NCBI GenBank assembly: GCA_016190445.1
Contig: JACPQL010000049.1
Coordinates: forward strand, 3,710 to 67,709
DNA: 64,000 bases
From: Chloroflexota bacterium
Lineage (GTDB): Bacteria > Chloroflexota > Dehalococcoidia > Lucifugimonadales > JACPQL01
Direction: 5' to 3'
In this document: positions 17,838 to 27,989 of the stretch, in pieces
How the letters are laid out: every line of letters starts with the position of its first letter
How positions within the stretch are numbered: the stretch's first letter is position 1
Translations under genes and position numbers: made by a program
Notes under the pieces: generated by a model
The model's database searches: none
What the model was told of the DNA's origin: nothing
The model's input: the letters and a program-made list of their open reading frames with translations, nothing else

Positions 17838-18776
17838 CTAGCCAGGGGCCTGAAGAGGAATGTCCCTCTCATCCTGCAACAGCCCCATCAGCAGGCGGGC
17901 GTTGACTGGGCCCTGGTCCTCCCGGTTGGTGTTGAACAGCACGTGCACTTCGCGGGCGTTCTCCGAGAGGTAGCGCAGGCGAGGGACCCACTCCTGAAGC
18001 TCCTCCCGCGCATACCAGTAGTCGAAGCGCTCCGAGCTGACCCCTGTCCGTCTCTTCCAGGTATCGGCATTCCGCCCGTGGAAGCGCACATAGGCGCAGG
18101 GCGCGGTCACCAGGGCCAGGGGTGGCATGGAGGAGCGGAAGCCCTGGGGTGCGTCCACACAGACAAAGCTCAGCCCTTGCTCTTGCAGGAAGGCCACGGT
18201 CCGGTCCTGGTTCCGCTCGTTCACCCAGGAGGCGTTCCTGAACTCCACCGCCAAACGCTGTCCAGATAGCTGCTCCTGGCACCATGCAAGGTACTGGTGG
18301 CTCTCCCGGCCCGGCAGGAACCAGGGAGGAAACTGGAGGAGCACCGCCCCAAGCCTGTCTGCCTCCGCCAGAGGCTGGAGGGCTTGTAGGAACCGGCCCC
18401 ACAGATCACCCAGCACCTCCTCCGGCAGGTCCCGGGCGTACAGGTTGCCCTTTTCCAGGGTCTTAGAGGGCAGGACCTGAAGCAGCTCCCGCGGCAGCGA
18501 CTCCATGCGGGTGGGGTGGTGGGTGAACAGTGAGAAGGCCTTCACATGGAAGCGGAACCCGGGAGGCGTCCGCTCCGCCCAGAGGGCGCTATTGCGAACT
18601 GAGGGCATGGCATAGTAGGTGCTGTCCACCTCCACCACGGGGAACTGACTGGCGTAGAAGCGGAGCCGCCCCTCCGGCGTCTTGACCTGAGGAGGATAGA
18701 AGCGCCCGCACTCTATGAGGGAGCGGTCGGTCCAGGAGCATGTGCCCAGGGACACCGGGGCGCCAGTTTGGCCCAT
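17838..18776 (-). CDS. DUF72 (UPF0759) family protein
   Basis: GTCSWTDRSL...FYPPQ...RLRFYASQFPVVEVDSTYYAMP...LLQFPPWF...AVEFRNASW. Start set to ATG 18776; the 455-aa track ORF runs into the upstream MFS gene. Confidence 0.85.
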   Translation of the reverse strand: MGQTGAPVSLGTCSWTDRSLIECGRFYPPQVKTPEGRLRFYASQFPVVEVDSTYYAMPSVRNSALWAERTPPGFRFHVKAFSLFTHHPTRMESLPRELLQVLPSKTLEKGNLYARDLPEEVLGDLWGRFLQALQPLAEADRLGAVLLQFPPWFLPGRESHQYLAWCQEQLSGQRLAVEFRNASWVNERNQDRTVAFLQEQGLSFVCVDAPQGFRSSMPPLALVTAPCAYVRFHGRNADTWKRRTGVSSERFDYWYAREELQEWVPRLRYLSENAREVHVLFNTNREDQGPVNARLLMGLLQDERDIPLQAPG

Positions 18777-18784
18777 TCCAACCG

Positions 18785-20035
18785 CTACCTCCGCTTTTGT
18801 ACCTCGTATTGGGCGTAAGCCGGAGCAGCCACCGGCCTGCGTGCCAGGAACATGAGGAGCGAGGCGAAGGCAAAGAAGACCGCGAAAGTGACAAAAGCGC
18901 TTTCGTAGCTGTTCATCACGTCGTAGTAGATCCCGGCCACCAGTGGCCCCAGGGCAAGCCCGGATACCTTGACCATCTGAACGATGCCCTGGATGGAGCC
19001 CAGCGCGCTCCGACCGTAGTAGCTTGCCAGGAGCACGGTGAACAGGGGCATGGAGCTTCCCGCCAGGAAGCCAAAGAGGAAGGCGAAGACGAAGGCCGTG
19101 GTGGCCATGTGGACCGAAAGGAGCACCGCCATGGCACCCACGCCGCTCATGTACATCAGGACAATAAGGGCCCTGGCTGACACCCGGTCCGCCGCCCAAC
19201 CCCACACCACGCTGCCTGCGGCGGAGCCCAGGGCGAAGGTGCTGACCACGGCGGCCCCCACCGTGGCGCTTATGCCTCGGTCAAGGTAGTAGGGCATCTG
19301 GTGCAGGCCCACTCCCGCTACCACAATGCTGGCGAGAAACCCCGCGGCCATGATCAGCCAGAGGGCAGGGGTGCCAAGCGCCTGTCTGAGGGTCCACTCG
19401 ACCTGGACCTTTTTGACAAGGGAAGGTTTCGTGCCGGCCTTTTCACTCGTAACAGTCTTGACGGCGCCACCGTCCGGCAGCATCCCCACGTCCTCGGGAC
19501 GCCGCAGCATGAAGAGAAGTGGCGGCACCACGCCCAGGACCAAGGCCAGCACACCCAGGGCCACCCAAGCCGCTCGCCACCCCCACGTATTGATGACCGC
19601 CTGCACTCCCAGCGGCGTGAGCATGAGTCCAGCGGAGGAGCAGGCAAAGAGGGCCGCAAGGGCCGTACCCCTGCGCCGGACAAACCAGTTGGCCACGGCC
19701 ACGGGGGTGACTAGCAGCACTACGCCCTGGCCCATCATGCGGACCACGCTGTAGCCCACGATGAACATCAACGCTCCCTGGAGAAGGGAGAGGGAGAGGC
19801 ATCCCAGGCCCACCAGCCCGGCCCCCACGGCGATGACGAAGCGGGCCCCGTACCGGTCTACCAGGCGTCCCGCAATAGGGGCTGCGGCGGCGCCCAGCAG
19901 GCTCCCGACGGCTACCGAGGTGGAGATGAGTGTCCGGCTCCAGCCGAACTCCGCCACCAGGAGCGGCACGAACAGAGTGACGACCTCCACCGCGCTGGAG
20001 ACCCGCGAGATGTTGGCCACCGCGGCCACAGCCAC
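18785..20035 (-). CDS. MFS transporter
   Basis: 416 aa, 12-TM-like profile, GRLVDRYGARF loop motif. Confidence 0.85.
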   Translation of the reverse strand: MAVAAVANISRVSSAVEVVTLFVPLLVAEFGWSRTLISTSVAVGSLLGAAAAPIAGRLVDRYGARFVIAVGAGLVGLGCLSLSLLQGALMFIVGYSVVRMMGQGVVLLVTPVAVANWFVRRRGTALAALFACSSAGLMLTPLGVQAVINTWGWRAAWVALGVLALVLGVVPPLLFMLRRPEDVGMLPDGGAVKTVTSEKAGTKPSLVKKVQVEWTLRQALGTPALWLIMAAGFLASIVVAGVGLHQMPYYLDRGISATVGAAVVSTFALGSAAGSVVWGWAADRVSARALIVLMYMSGVGAMAVLLSVHMATTAFVFAFLFGFLAGSSMPLFTVLLASYYGRSALGSIQGIVQMVKVSGLALGPLVAGIYYDVMNSYESAFVTFAVFFAFASLLMFLARRPVAAPAYAQYEVQKRR

Positions 20036-20172
20036 AACTACCCATCCGTAGTAGAAGGGGAGAGACCGCGACAGGCGCTGGTTGAAGGTGAATACGGTTC
20101 CCTCCTGGCCGCGCTAACTGTACAACCCCAGCGACACTGTGTCCACGTGGGACCCCGGCGACCCGTGGGTGG

Positions 20173-20213
20173 AAAAAAGAGAGGGCGGAGGAGAGCGCCG
20201 CCCTCTCTTTTTG
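20173..20213 (-). terminator. rho-independent (bidirectional-looking) terminator after gyrA
   Basis: 12-bp stem AAGAGAGGGCGG-9 nt-CCGCCCTCTCTT, flanked by an A-run and a T-run. On the minus strand the hairpin is followed by TTTTTTCC, 17 nt after the gyrA stop. Confidence 0.7.
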
Positions 20214-20229
20214 GCCGGGGCACCAGGTG

Positions 20230-22815
20230 CTACTCGCTGTCCTTCTCTGGGGCCTCTTCCTCTTCTTCCTCGGCGGGAGGCTCCTCCAGAGAGAGCTGAA
20301 TGGCTTGTTCTGTCTTGCGGCCATCGCCCTGGGGCACTGGGGACGTTTCTGCCATGGCCCGGGTGGAGCTGCCGTTGCCCTGCTCGTTGAGGCAGGCCAC
20401 GGAGACCACACGGTCGCCTGGGGCCAGCTTCACCACCGACACACCTTTGGCCAGACGGCCCTGGGTCGAAATCTCGTCGAGCCTGGTGCGAAAGACCATC
20501 GCCTTCAGGGAGCCGATGATGAGGTCGGTGGCGGCGTCCACCACCACCTGGGCGGCGGCCAGCGGCCCTGTGGAGTCCTTGATCCTGAAGGCGCGCACAC
20601 CCATGCCTCCCCGCGACTGTCTCCTGAAGCGCTCCAAAGGTGTCAGCTTGCCGAAGCCCAGTTCGGTGAGCAGCAGGAGCTTGGCCCCGCGGACCACCAC
20701 GTCCATGGCTATGACCTGGTCTCCCTTGTCCAGCCGGATGCCCCGCACACCGCCCGCCTGCCGCGAGCGGACGGTGAGCTGGCGCACGGGGAACCGGACG
20801 CCCTGGCCCATTCGGGTGAGGATGATGAGGTCGTCGCTCTCCTGGCATAGGCGCGCCGAGACCAGCTCGTCGCCACCCGCCAGGTCCATGGCGTTGAGCC
20901 CGTTGCTGCGGATGTTGGCCAAATCGGAGAGGTTAAGGCGCTTCACCTCGCCGCGGCGCGTGGCCAGGGCCAGGTAGTAGCTTCCCGAAAGGGATGGCAC
21001 GGCCACCACGGCGTTGACCTGGTCTGTCTCCGGGATGTTGATTACGTTGATGAGAGGGGTCCCCCGGGTTGACTTGGAGGTGTCCGCTTGCAGGTGGAAG
21101 CACCGCTGGGCATAGACCCGGCCCCGGGTGGTGAAGAATAGGAGGGTGTCGTGAGTGTCAGCCAGAAGAAGCTGCCGGATGGCGTCCCCCTCGCGGGTCT
21201 CCTGGCCCCTGCTCCCCTTTCCTCCCCGGTGCTGGAGCCGATAGGTGGCAAAGGGGATCCGCTTCACGTAGCCCCGGTTGCTCAGCGTCACCACCACGTC
21301 CTCATGGGGCGTCCGCTCCTCCAGAGTGGGGTCAGTGGCCTCGTCCGCCACGATCTCAGTGCGCCGGTCGTCCCCGAAGTCCTCGCGCAGCTTCTGGGTC
21401 TCCTCCTTCACCACCGCCAGCACCTTCTGAGGGTCTGCCAGCAGCGCCTCCAGCCCGGCGATCTTTTCCCTCAGCTCCCTGTACTCCTCCTCGATCTTCT
21501 CGCGCTCCAGGGCTGCCAGGCGGCGTAGCTGCATGTCCAGGATGGCCTGGGCCTGGACCTCGGTGAGGCCGAACTGCTGCATGAGCCCCGTCCTGGCGGT
21601 CTCCACATCCCGGGCGTTGCGGATGAGTTGGACCACCGCGTCCAGGTTGGCCAGGGCCACTCGCAGGCCCTCCAGCACGTGGGCCCTCTCCTGGGCCTTT
21701 TTCAGGTCGTATTCAGAGCGACGCCGGACCACGGTGCGCCGGAAGTCTATGTAGTGGTTGAGGTAGCTCTTGAGACCCACTACCCGGGGCTGGCCGTCCA
21801 CCAGGGCCAGCATGTTTACGAAGAAGGTGGAGCGCATGGCGGTGTGCTTGAGCAGGTTGTTGACCACGTACTCTCCCTGGGCTCCCCTGGACAGCTCCAC
21901 CACCACGCGCAGCCCTTCCCGGTCCGACTCGTCCCTGACCTCGGCGATGCCTTGCACCACCTTGTCCTTGGCGAGCTGGGCTATCTTCTCCACCAGGGCC
22001 GACTTGATCACCTGGTACGGGATCTCGGTGATCACAATCCGCTGCCGCTCCCCGCGGCGGCCCTCCTGGATGTCGTAGCGGGCCTCCACAGTAAGCCGGC
22101 CACGCCCGGTGTAGTAGGCTTCCCGCACTCCACCCATGCCCCGGACGATGCCCGCCGTGGGGAAGTCCGGCCCCTTGATGAAGGCCATCAACTCCTCCAC
22201 CGTGGCCTCCGAGTGGTCTATGAGGTGGCAGGTGGCGTCGCACACCTCCCGCAGATTGTGGGGTGGAACGCTGGTGGTCATGCCCACGGCGATACCGGTA
22301 GCCCCATTCACCAGCAGGCTGGGCAGCCTCGCGGGTAGCACCGTGGGCTCCTGGAGCGAGTCGTCAAAGTTGGGGGTGAAGGCCACTGTCTCCCGCTCGA
22401 TGTCAACCAGCATCTCCTGAGAGATGCGGGCCAGCCTCGCCTCGGTGTACCGCATGGCTGCGGGCGGGTCGTCGTCCACACTGCCGAAGTTCCCCTGGCC
22501 GTCCACCAGGGGATAGCGCATGGAGAAGTGCTGGGCCATGCGCACCAGTGACTCGTAGACCGGCGCGTCGCCGTGGGGGTGGTACTTTCCCATCACCTCA
22601 CCGACGATACGCGCGCTCTTGCGGTAGGGGCTGTTGGGGCCGACCCCCATCTCATGCATGGCGTAGAGAATGCGCCGATGTACCGGCTTCAGCCCGTCCC
22701 GCACGTCGGGCAGGGCGCGGGAGACGATGACGCTCATGGCGTAGTCCAGATAGGAGCTACGCATCTCCTCTTCGATCTTGACCGGCCGGATGTTGCCGGG
22801 GCCGGCGATCACCAT
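20230..22815 (-). CDS. gyrA: DNA gyrase subunit A
   Basis: [42 protein letters not shown] (active-site Tyr), C-terminal beta-pinwheel repeats and an acidic tail. Confidence 0.97.
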   Translation of the reverse strand: MVIAGPGNIRPVKIEEEMRSSYLDYAMSVIVSRALPDVRDGLKPVHRRILYAMHEMGVGPNSPYRKSARIVGEVMGKYHPHGDAPVYESLVRMAQHFSMRYPLVDGQGNFGSVDDDPPAAMRYTEARLARISQEMLVDIERETVAFTPNFDDSLQEPTVLPARLPSLLVNGATGIAVGMTTSVPPHNLREVCDATCHLIDHSEATVEELMAFIKGPDFPTAGIVRGMGGVREAYYTGRGRLTVEARYDIQEGRRGERQRIVITEIPYQVIKSALVEKIAQLAKDKVVQGIAEVRDESDREGLRVVVELSRGAQGEYVVNNLLKHTAMRSTFFVNMLALVDGQPRVVGLKSYLNHYIDFRRTVVRRRSEYDLKKAQERAHVLEGLRVALANLDAVVQLIRNARDVETARTGLMQQFGLTEVQAQAILDMQLRRLAALEREKIEEEYRELREKIAGLEALLADPQKVLAVVKEETQKLREDFGDDRRTEIVADEATDPTLEERTPHEDVVVTLSNRGYVKRIPFATYRLQHRGGKGSRGQETREGDAIRQLLLADTHDTLLFFTTRGRVYAQRCFHLQADTSKSTRGTPLINVINIPETDQVNAVVAVPSLSGSYYLALATRRGEVKRLNLSDLANIRSNGLNAMDLAGGDELVSARLCQESDDLIILTRMGQGVRFPVRQLTVRSRQAGGVRGIRLDKGDQVIAMDVVVRGAKLLLLTELGFGKLTPLERFRRQSRGGMGVRAFRIKDSTGPLAAAQVVVDAATDLIIGSLKAMVFRTRLDEISTQGRLAKGVSVVKLAPGDRVVSVACLNEQGNGSSTRAMAETSPVPQGDGRKTEQAIQLSLEEPPAEEEEEEAPEKDSE

Positions 22816-23157
22816 GGGCTGCTCCTTTTAAGGCCTGGCTCCCAGCGACGAGGGGCACAGCGACCAGGCCCAGATAGCGCCGGAATCTAGTGAAAGTATA
22901 GCACACGCCGCTTCACCTGGGCGTCGTGGGAGTGACGGACCCCTCACTCGACCTGAGCAAAAGGGAGACCAGGACTGCTGATGACGAATTTCGATGCCCC
23001 AATACAAGACGCGCTGGCTTGGCGACGGCCCAGGGCTTTTGAGAATGATTTCACAAGCACAAAGCCTTGACAGGCGGCGTGAAAGTTGCCACACTTTACA
23101 CCATCTGTTGCCCGGGCGGGAGCTGAGGACTAGCGCCCCCTGGGGAGGAGGTCTGAG

Positions 23158-24944
23158 ATGCGACGGTTCTGTACCCCCAGGCGGCTGATGGTTGTAGCGC
23201 CTCTGCTGTTGCTCCTGGCGCTGGCGGTGGGCGCCTGCGCCGGGGCTGAGCCCACGGCCACGCCAACGGCCACACCCACACCACGGCCAGCGGCCACGGC
23301 TACCCCAACGCCCACTCTCGTGCCTGGCGCGGCGACGCCCACACCCACCATCAGGGTGGTGCTGGTGGCCACGCCAACGCCGACACCTACAGCCCCGCCG
23401 GTGGCCGTCAAGCCCAGTGGGACGCTGAAGTACGCCATGGATGCCATTCCCAGCACCTTCACGGTGGACCAGATTGAGGGGACCGCCGCCGCCCGCATAT
23501 ACATGGGCGGCCTGCTCTATGAGTTCCTCATTGGCACCGACCTCCAGGGCCAGTTGGTGCCTGAGCTGGCCACCAAGTGGGAGACCACGGATGGCAAGAC
23601 CTGGGACTTCACCATCCGCAAGGGTGTCACCTTCTCCAACGGCAAGGAGATGACCGCAAACGACGTCAAGGCCAGCATGGACATCATACTGAAGTACGGC
23701 AAGACCAGTGCGCCGAAGAACCTGGTGCGCCAGGTTGACCGCGTGGAGGTGCCGAACGCGGACACAGTGCGGATCGTGACCAAGGAGCCCAACTTCCTCT
23801 TCTACTTCGACATGGCCAAGGCCTCCTACAGGAACTACTGGGTCACATCCGCCGACTACTTCAACCAGGTAGGGGAGGCCAAGCTCCGGTCGGAGCCCAT
23901 GGGCACCGGCCCCTACGTGCTGACGGAGAAGGTCTCGGGCGACCACGTCACATTCCGAGTCCGCGACGACGTGGTCAAGAGCGGCCACTGGCGAGTCAAG
24001 CCTGTCTACTGGGAGCAGGTCCAGGCCTACAAGGTCCAGGAGGAGTCCACCCGCATCGCCATGCTCAAGACAGGCCGGCTGGACCTCATTGACATCGCCC
24101 TTGCCCTCAAGACCAACTGGCAGGCTGGCCCCTGGTCCGCAACGAGGCCGTCACCGCTGGCTCCATCGGCATGTGCTGCATCGGCACTGCCCCCTCCCTC
24201 TTCAACGACATCAAGGTCCGCAAGGCCCTCAACCTGGCCGCCGACATGGACACCATCGCCAAGACCATCTTCAAGGACGAGATTGTCCGCCAGGCCGTCT
24301 TCAACTACACCAAGGACGTCTGGGGGTTTGACCCAAGCCTCAAGCCCTATCCCTACGACCCAACTGAGGCCCAGCGCTTGGCCAAGGAGGCGGGCTTCCC
24401 ACCCCCAGGCTACAAGATGACCATGTACCTGCGGACCGACGCCATCGGCATCCCGGACATCGTGGCGGCGGGTGAGGCCGTGGGCACCTACTGGAAGCGC
24501 AACCTCGGGGTGGACGTAAACTACCAGCTCATAGAGCAGGCCCGTCTGGACCCCCTGCTCACCCTCGTGGAGCCCCCCGACAAGTTCCAGGCTGCGGGTA
24601 TCTGGAACAACACGTGGACGCCGCGCTCCAGCGTGGTGCCCGACCCCGGCCAGGCCTTCAACGCCACTATGGGGTGCAAGCAGATCTTCAATGCCAGCCA
24701 CTCCTCCCGCGCCACCTGCTCCGAGGTGGACGACTGGATGCTGGAGTACTTCAAGACGGCAGACCCCAAGGCCCGTGACGCCCTGTCCCTCAAGATCCAG
24801 AAGTGGTACCACGAGAACTACATCCCTGTGCCTCTAGGGGCGGCCAACCAGATCTTCGCTCTTGGGCCCAAGGTGGGGGCCTACCACCCGCACCCTGGCT
24901 TCCCCTACGCGGAGTACATCGAGTACGTGGAGCCCAAGAGGTAG
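23158..24944 (+). pseudogene. ABC-transporter substrate-binding lipoprotein (family 5, peptide/nickel type) interrupted by a -1 frameshift
   Basis: Track ORF 23158-24420 is SBP-like up to ...DLIDIALALKTNWQAGP and then becomes P/S/R-rich. The SBP sequence continues in another frame (LVRNEAVTAGSIGMCCIGTAPSLFNDIKVRKA..., track ORF 24171-24944). The switch point is a C4 run at 24129-24132. Lipobox LAVGAC followed by a Thr/Pro linker. Confidence 0.65.
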
Positions 24945-24962
24945 CAGTCCATCTTCTACAAG

Positions 24963-25019
24963 CAGCCTCCGCCCCGGGTGGCGCTGACAACAGCGTCCAC
25001 GGGGCGGAGGCTGTTTCTC
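24963..25019 (+). terminator. stem-loop/terminator after the first SBP gene
   Basis: 14-bp stem CAGCCTCCGCCCCG...CGGGGCGGAGGCTG with a 23-nt loop, followed by TTTCTC. Confidence 0.5.
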
Positions 25020-25186
25020 ATGCGGTGGCGACGGCCAGCGGCGGCCCATTGGCCTGTAGCTGAAGAAGGGGTAACTTCGCCGGACACTGGGATTCGTCAC
25101 CAGGTGGTAGCAATCCGTCACCAGAGATATGTCTTGGAAACGAAAGGAGTTTATGTTTGGCTGCGTTGCCCCAAAAGCTTGCGGGC

Positions 25187-25215
25187 TTGACAGACAGGGC
25201 AGAACCTTCCATACT
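25187..25215 (+). promoter_or_regulatory. candidate promoter of the second SBP gene
   Basis: TTGACA (25187-25192), a 17-nt spacer, then CATACT (25210-25215). A paralogous arrangement (TTGACA...CACACT) lies upstream of the first SBP gene near 23066. Confidence 0.35.
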
Positions 25216-25273
25216 TTCATCACCTTGCGCTCGGATGGCGCGGGATATGTGTTATTGCTGACGGAGGTGTCGG

Positions 25274-26938
25274 ATGAGACGGTTCTCTACCCCCAGGCGG
25301 CTACTGATTGTAGCGCCCCTTCTGTTGCTCCTGGCGCTGGCGGTGGGCGCCTGCGCTGGCGCCGAGCCCACGGCCACTCCCACGCCGACGCCAACCAAGG
25401 CTCCAGCGGTGGTGGCCACGCCCACACCGACGGCTACACCCACTCCCACCGGGCCCAAGACCGGCGGTGTGCTCAAGATGAGCTGGCGAACCGGCACCGA
25501 CGTTGTGGGCCTGGACCCGCTGAAGACGGCTGGTGGCACTGACCGGGGCTGGATTTTCGCCATGTGCGACACCATCTACGCCTTCGACAAGCAGATGAAG
25601 TACGATCCGGCCAACTCCCTGGCCGAGTCCTTTGATATTAGCGCCGACGGCAAGACCTACACCTTCCGCCTGCGCGAGGCCAAGTTCCCGGACGGCCGCG
25701 TGATGACCGCCGACGACGTGGTCAAGAACTTCCAGCGGTACAAGGACCCCGCCAACAAGTTCCGCTACGCGGATACGTTGGCGGCTATTGAGACCTATAC
25801 TGCGGTAGACGCCCGCACCCTGAAAGTAGTCACCAAGCAGCCGGAGGCCTCCTTCATCACCAACCTGGCGGAGCGGGGCGGCTGTGTCCAGCAGCCAGAG
25901 AAGTGGGCGGAGAAGGGGGACAAGTACATTGGCGAGCCCACCATGATAGGCGCCTTCCAGGGCTCCAACTGGCAGCCCGATGTGGGCTGGAAGATGACCA
26001 AGTCCGCCAACTACTACCAGCAGGGCCGCCCCTATCTGGATGCCATTGACATGCGGATAGTGCAGGAGACCAGGGTGCGCCTGGCGGCTGTGCAGACCGG
26101 GGAGTTGCACGGCGCGTACCTTGAGGGCGAGATGATCCCCATGTCGCTGAAGGACACGAACCTCAACACGGTGAAGTTCGTGGGTGAGTCCTTCTCAGGC
26201 TACCTGTTCAACGTCACGAAGCCTCCTATGGACAACATCAACCTGCGGAAGGCCATCATCGCGGCCCTGGACCGGGATGCACTCACCCAGTTCTGGGAGG
26301 GTCTGTACGACCCACCCAAGGGCCACGGTCTCATCGGGCCCTCCATCCCCTGGGCCTATTTCGACATGTCGGACGTGGACATACCCTACAGCGAGGCCAA
26401 GGCAAGGGAGTACCTCCAGAAGTCGGGCCTGACCCTGCCCGTCAAGCTGGACGGCGGGTCAGCCTCCTCCACCCTGGAGGCACAGCACAACGAGCTGATC
26501 CAGGGCTACCTGAAGAAGGTGGGCATCGAATGGAGCTTTGTCACGGGCAAGACGGCAGACATGAACCCCAGGCAGTACGGCTTTGCGCCCAACCCCAGCG
26601 AGTTCCACTTCAACGGTATGGCTGCCATCGTGCTGCGGGTTGACCCTGAGGCGTGGCTGCGGGTCGCGCTGTACCCCGAAGCGTTCTACAACCCTTCCAA
26701 GAAGCTGCCCGACGGGGTGCTGGAGCTCTTCCAGAAGGCGGCCACCACCTTTGACGTGAACGAACGGGCCCGGCTGTATAAGGAGGCCCAGCGTATCCTG
26801 ATGGACCAGGCGTGGGCGCGGTTCCCGTATGGCTATCGGAATGCCTTCGCCACTTTCAGGCTGAATATTGGGGGCACGGAGAACTTCTGGGGTGGTGACG
26901 GCCAGTGGCGGCTCAAGAACCTTTGGCTGAAGGGCTAG
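25274..26938 (+). CDS. ABC-transporter substrate-binding lipoprotein (family 5, peptide/nickel type)
   Basis: 554 aa. The signal peptide and lipobox are almost identical to those of the upstream paralogue (MRRFSTPRRLLIVAPLLLLLALAVGACAG), followed by a Thr/Pro linker and an SBP_bac_5-like body. Confidence 0.9.
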   Translation: MRRFSTPRRLLIVAPLLLLLALAVGACAGAEPTATPTPTPTKAPAVVATPTPTATPTPTGPKTGGVLKMSWRTGTDVVGLDPLKTAGGTDRGWIFAMCDTIYAFDKQMKYDPANSLAESFDISADGKTYTFRLREAKFPDGRVMTADDVVKNFQRYKDPANKFRYADTLAAIETYTAVDARTLKVVTKQPEASFITNLAERGGCVQQPEKWAEKGDKYIGEPTMIGAFQGSNWQPDVGWKMTKSANYYQQGRPYLDAIDMRIVQETRVRLAAVQTGELHGAYLEGEMIPMSLKDTNLNTVKFVGESFSGYLFNVTKPPMDNINLRKAIIAALDRDALTQFWEGLYDPPKGHGLIGPSIPWAYFDMSDVDIPYSEAKAREYLQKSGLTLPVKLDGGSASSTLEAQHNELIQGYLKKVGIEWSFVTGKTADMNPRQYGFAPNPSEFHFNGMAAIVLRVDPEAWLRVALYPEAFYNPSKKLPDGVLELFQKAATTFDVNERARLYKEAQRILMDQAWARFPYGYRNAFATFRLNIGGTENFWGGDGQWRLKNLWLKG

Positions 26939-26959
26939 TGCCCTTGGCAGATACCGACA

Positions 26960-26995
26960 GGCCTGGTGGGGGAAGCATCCTCCCCCCACCAGGCC
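26960..26995 (+). other. intercistronic GC-rich stem-loop between the SBP and permease genes
   Basis: 13-bp perfect stem GGCCTGGTGGGGG-10 nt-CCCCCACCAGGCC with no U-tract. Confidence 0.55.
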
Positions 26996-27008
26996 CGGGG
27001 ATAGGGGA

Positions 27009-27962
27009 ATGGGTAAGTACATAGTGCGCCGGCTCATCAATATGGTGCCGGTGCTCTTCATCCTCAGCATCTTCATCTTTGCGCTCATCCGGCTCCTGCC
27101 CGGCGATCCCATCTTTGCCATTATCGGGCAGGAGGCGGGGAACATGGATGCGGAGACAATAGCCCGGTGGCGCCATGACCTTGGCCTGGACAAGCCCATA
27201 CCCGTCCAGTACCTGGACTGGCTGAGCGATGTGGTGCGGGGGGACTGGGGCAAGTCCAGCCTCAGGGAACTCCCCGTCATTGACGAAGTCAAGCAGCGGT
27301 TCCCGATCACCTTTCAGCTCAGCGTGGTCGCCTGGATCATGTCCCTGGTTATCGCCATACCAATCGGGATAATTGCGGCGGTAAAGCGGAACTCCAAGCT
27401 GGACGTGATCTCCACCGGGACGGCCCTCACCTTCGTCGCGTTGCCCCACTTCTGGCTGGCCATAATGCTCATCCTTCTCTTTGGGGTGGTCCTGGATATT
27501 CTGCCCACCTTCGGCTGGGTAGACCTGTGGGACAATCCCTGGGAGTGGTTCCGGCACATGATCCTGCCCGCCTTCACCCTCGCCTCCGGGCTGGCGGCCC
27601 AGAACCTGCGCCAGACCCGCTCTGCCATGCTGGAGGTTATGGCGGAGGACTACATCCGGACGGCCCGGGCCAAGGGGCTCCGCAACACCTCCATCGTCTG
27701 GCTCCACGCGCTGAAGAACGCCTTGCTGCCCGTGGTGACAGTTGCCGGGATGCAGATAGGCCGTATCATGGGAGGCACCATCATTACGGAGACCATTTTC
27801 AGCGTCCCTGGTATGGGGATGCTGGCAGTCAACTCGGTGCTCTTGCGAGACTACACGGTGGTGCAGATGGTGGTGCTGCTCCTGGGACTGACGGTGCTTG
27901 TGGCCAACCTGGTCACTGACCTGTTGTACGCCTACCTGGACCCGCGCATCCGGTATGCGTAA
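27009..27962 (+). CDS. ABC transporter permease (DppB/OppB-like)
   Basis: MGKYIVRRLINMVPVLFILSIFIFALIRLLPGDP and the EAA-loop region EDYIRTARAKGL. Confidence 0.92.
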   Translation: MGKYIVRRLINMVPVLFILSIFIFALIRLLPGDPIFAIIGQEAGNMDAETIARWRHDLGLDKPIPVQYLDWLSDVVRGDWGKSSLRELPVIDEVKQRFPITFQLSVVAWIMSLVIAIPIGIIAAVKRNSKLDVISTGTALTFVALPHFWLAIMLILLFGVVLDILPTFGWVDLWDNPWEWFRHMILPAFTLASGLAAQNLRQTRSAMLEVMAEDYIRTARAKGLRNTSIVWLHALKNALLPVVTVAGMQIGRIMGGTIITETIFSVPGMGMLAVNSVLLRDYTVVQMVVLLLGLTVLVANLVTDLLYAYLDPRIRYA

Positions 27963-27989
27963 ACGTAAAGGGCTGAAAGGGTAAAGCCG

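Noticed and set aside
17838-19205. 455-aa ORF as a single DUF72 fusion protein
   Set aside because: The N-terminal 143 aa overlap the 3' end of the MFS gene in another frame and are G/P/R/H-rich. The DUF72 homology starts at MGQTGAPVSLGTCSW (ATG 18776).
23221-23400. Short periodic ACNCCNAC repeats (also 25370-25450 and 52440-52520) that look like a tandem repeat or CRISPR-like array
   Set aside because: They are in frame and encode Thr/Pro-rich linkers (TPTPTATPTP) directly after lipoprotein signal peptides. There is no repeat-spacer structure.
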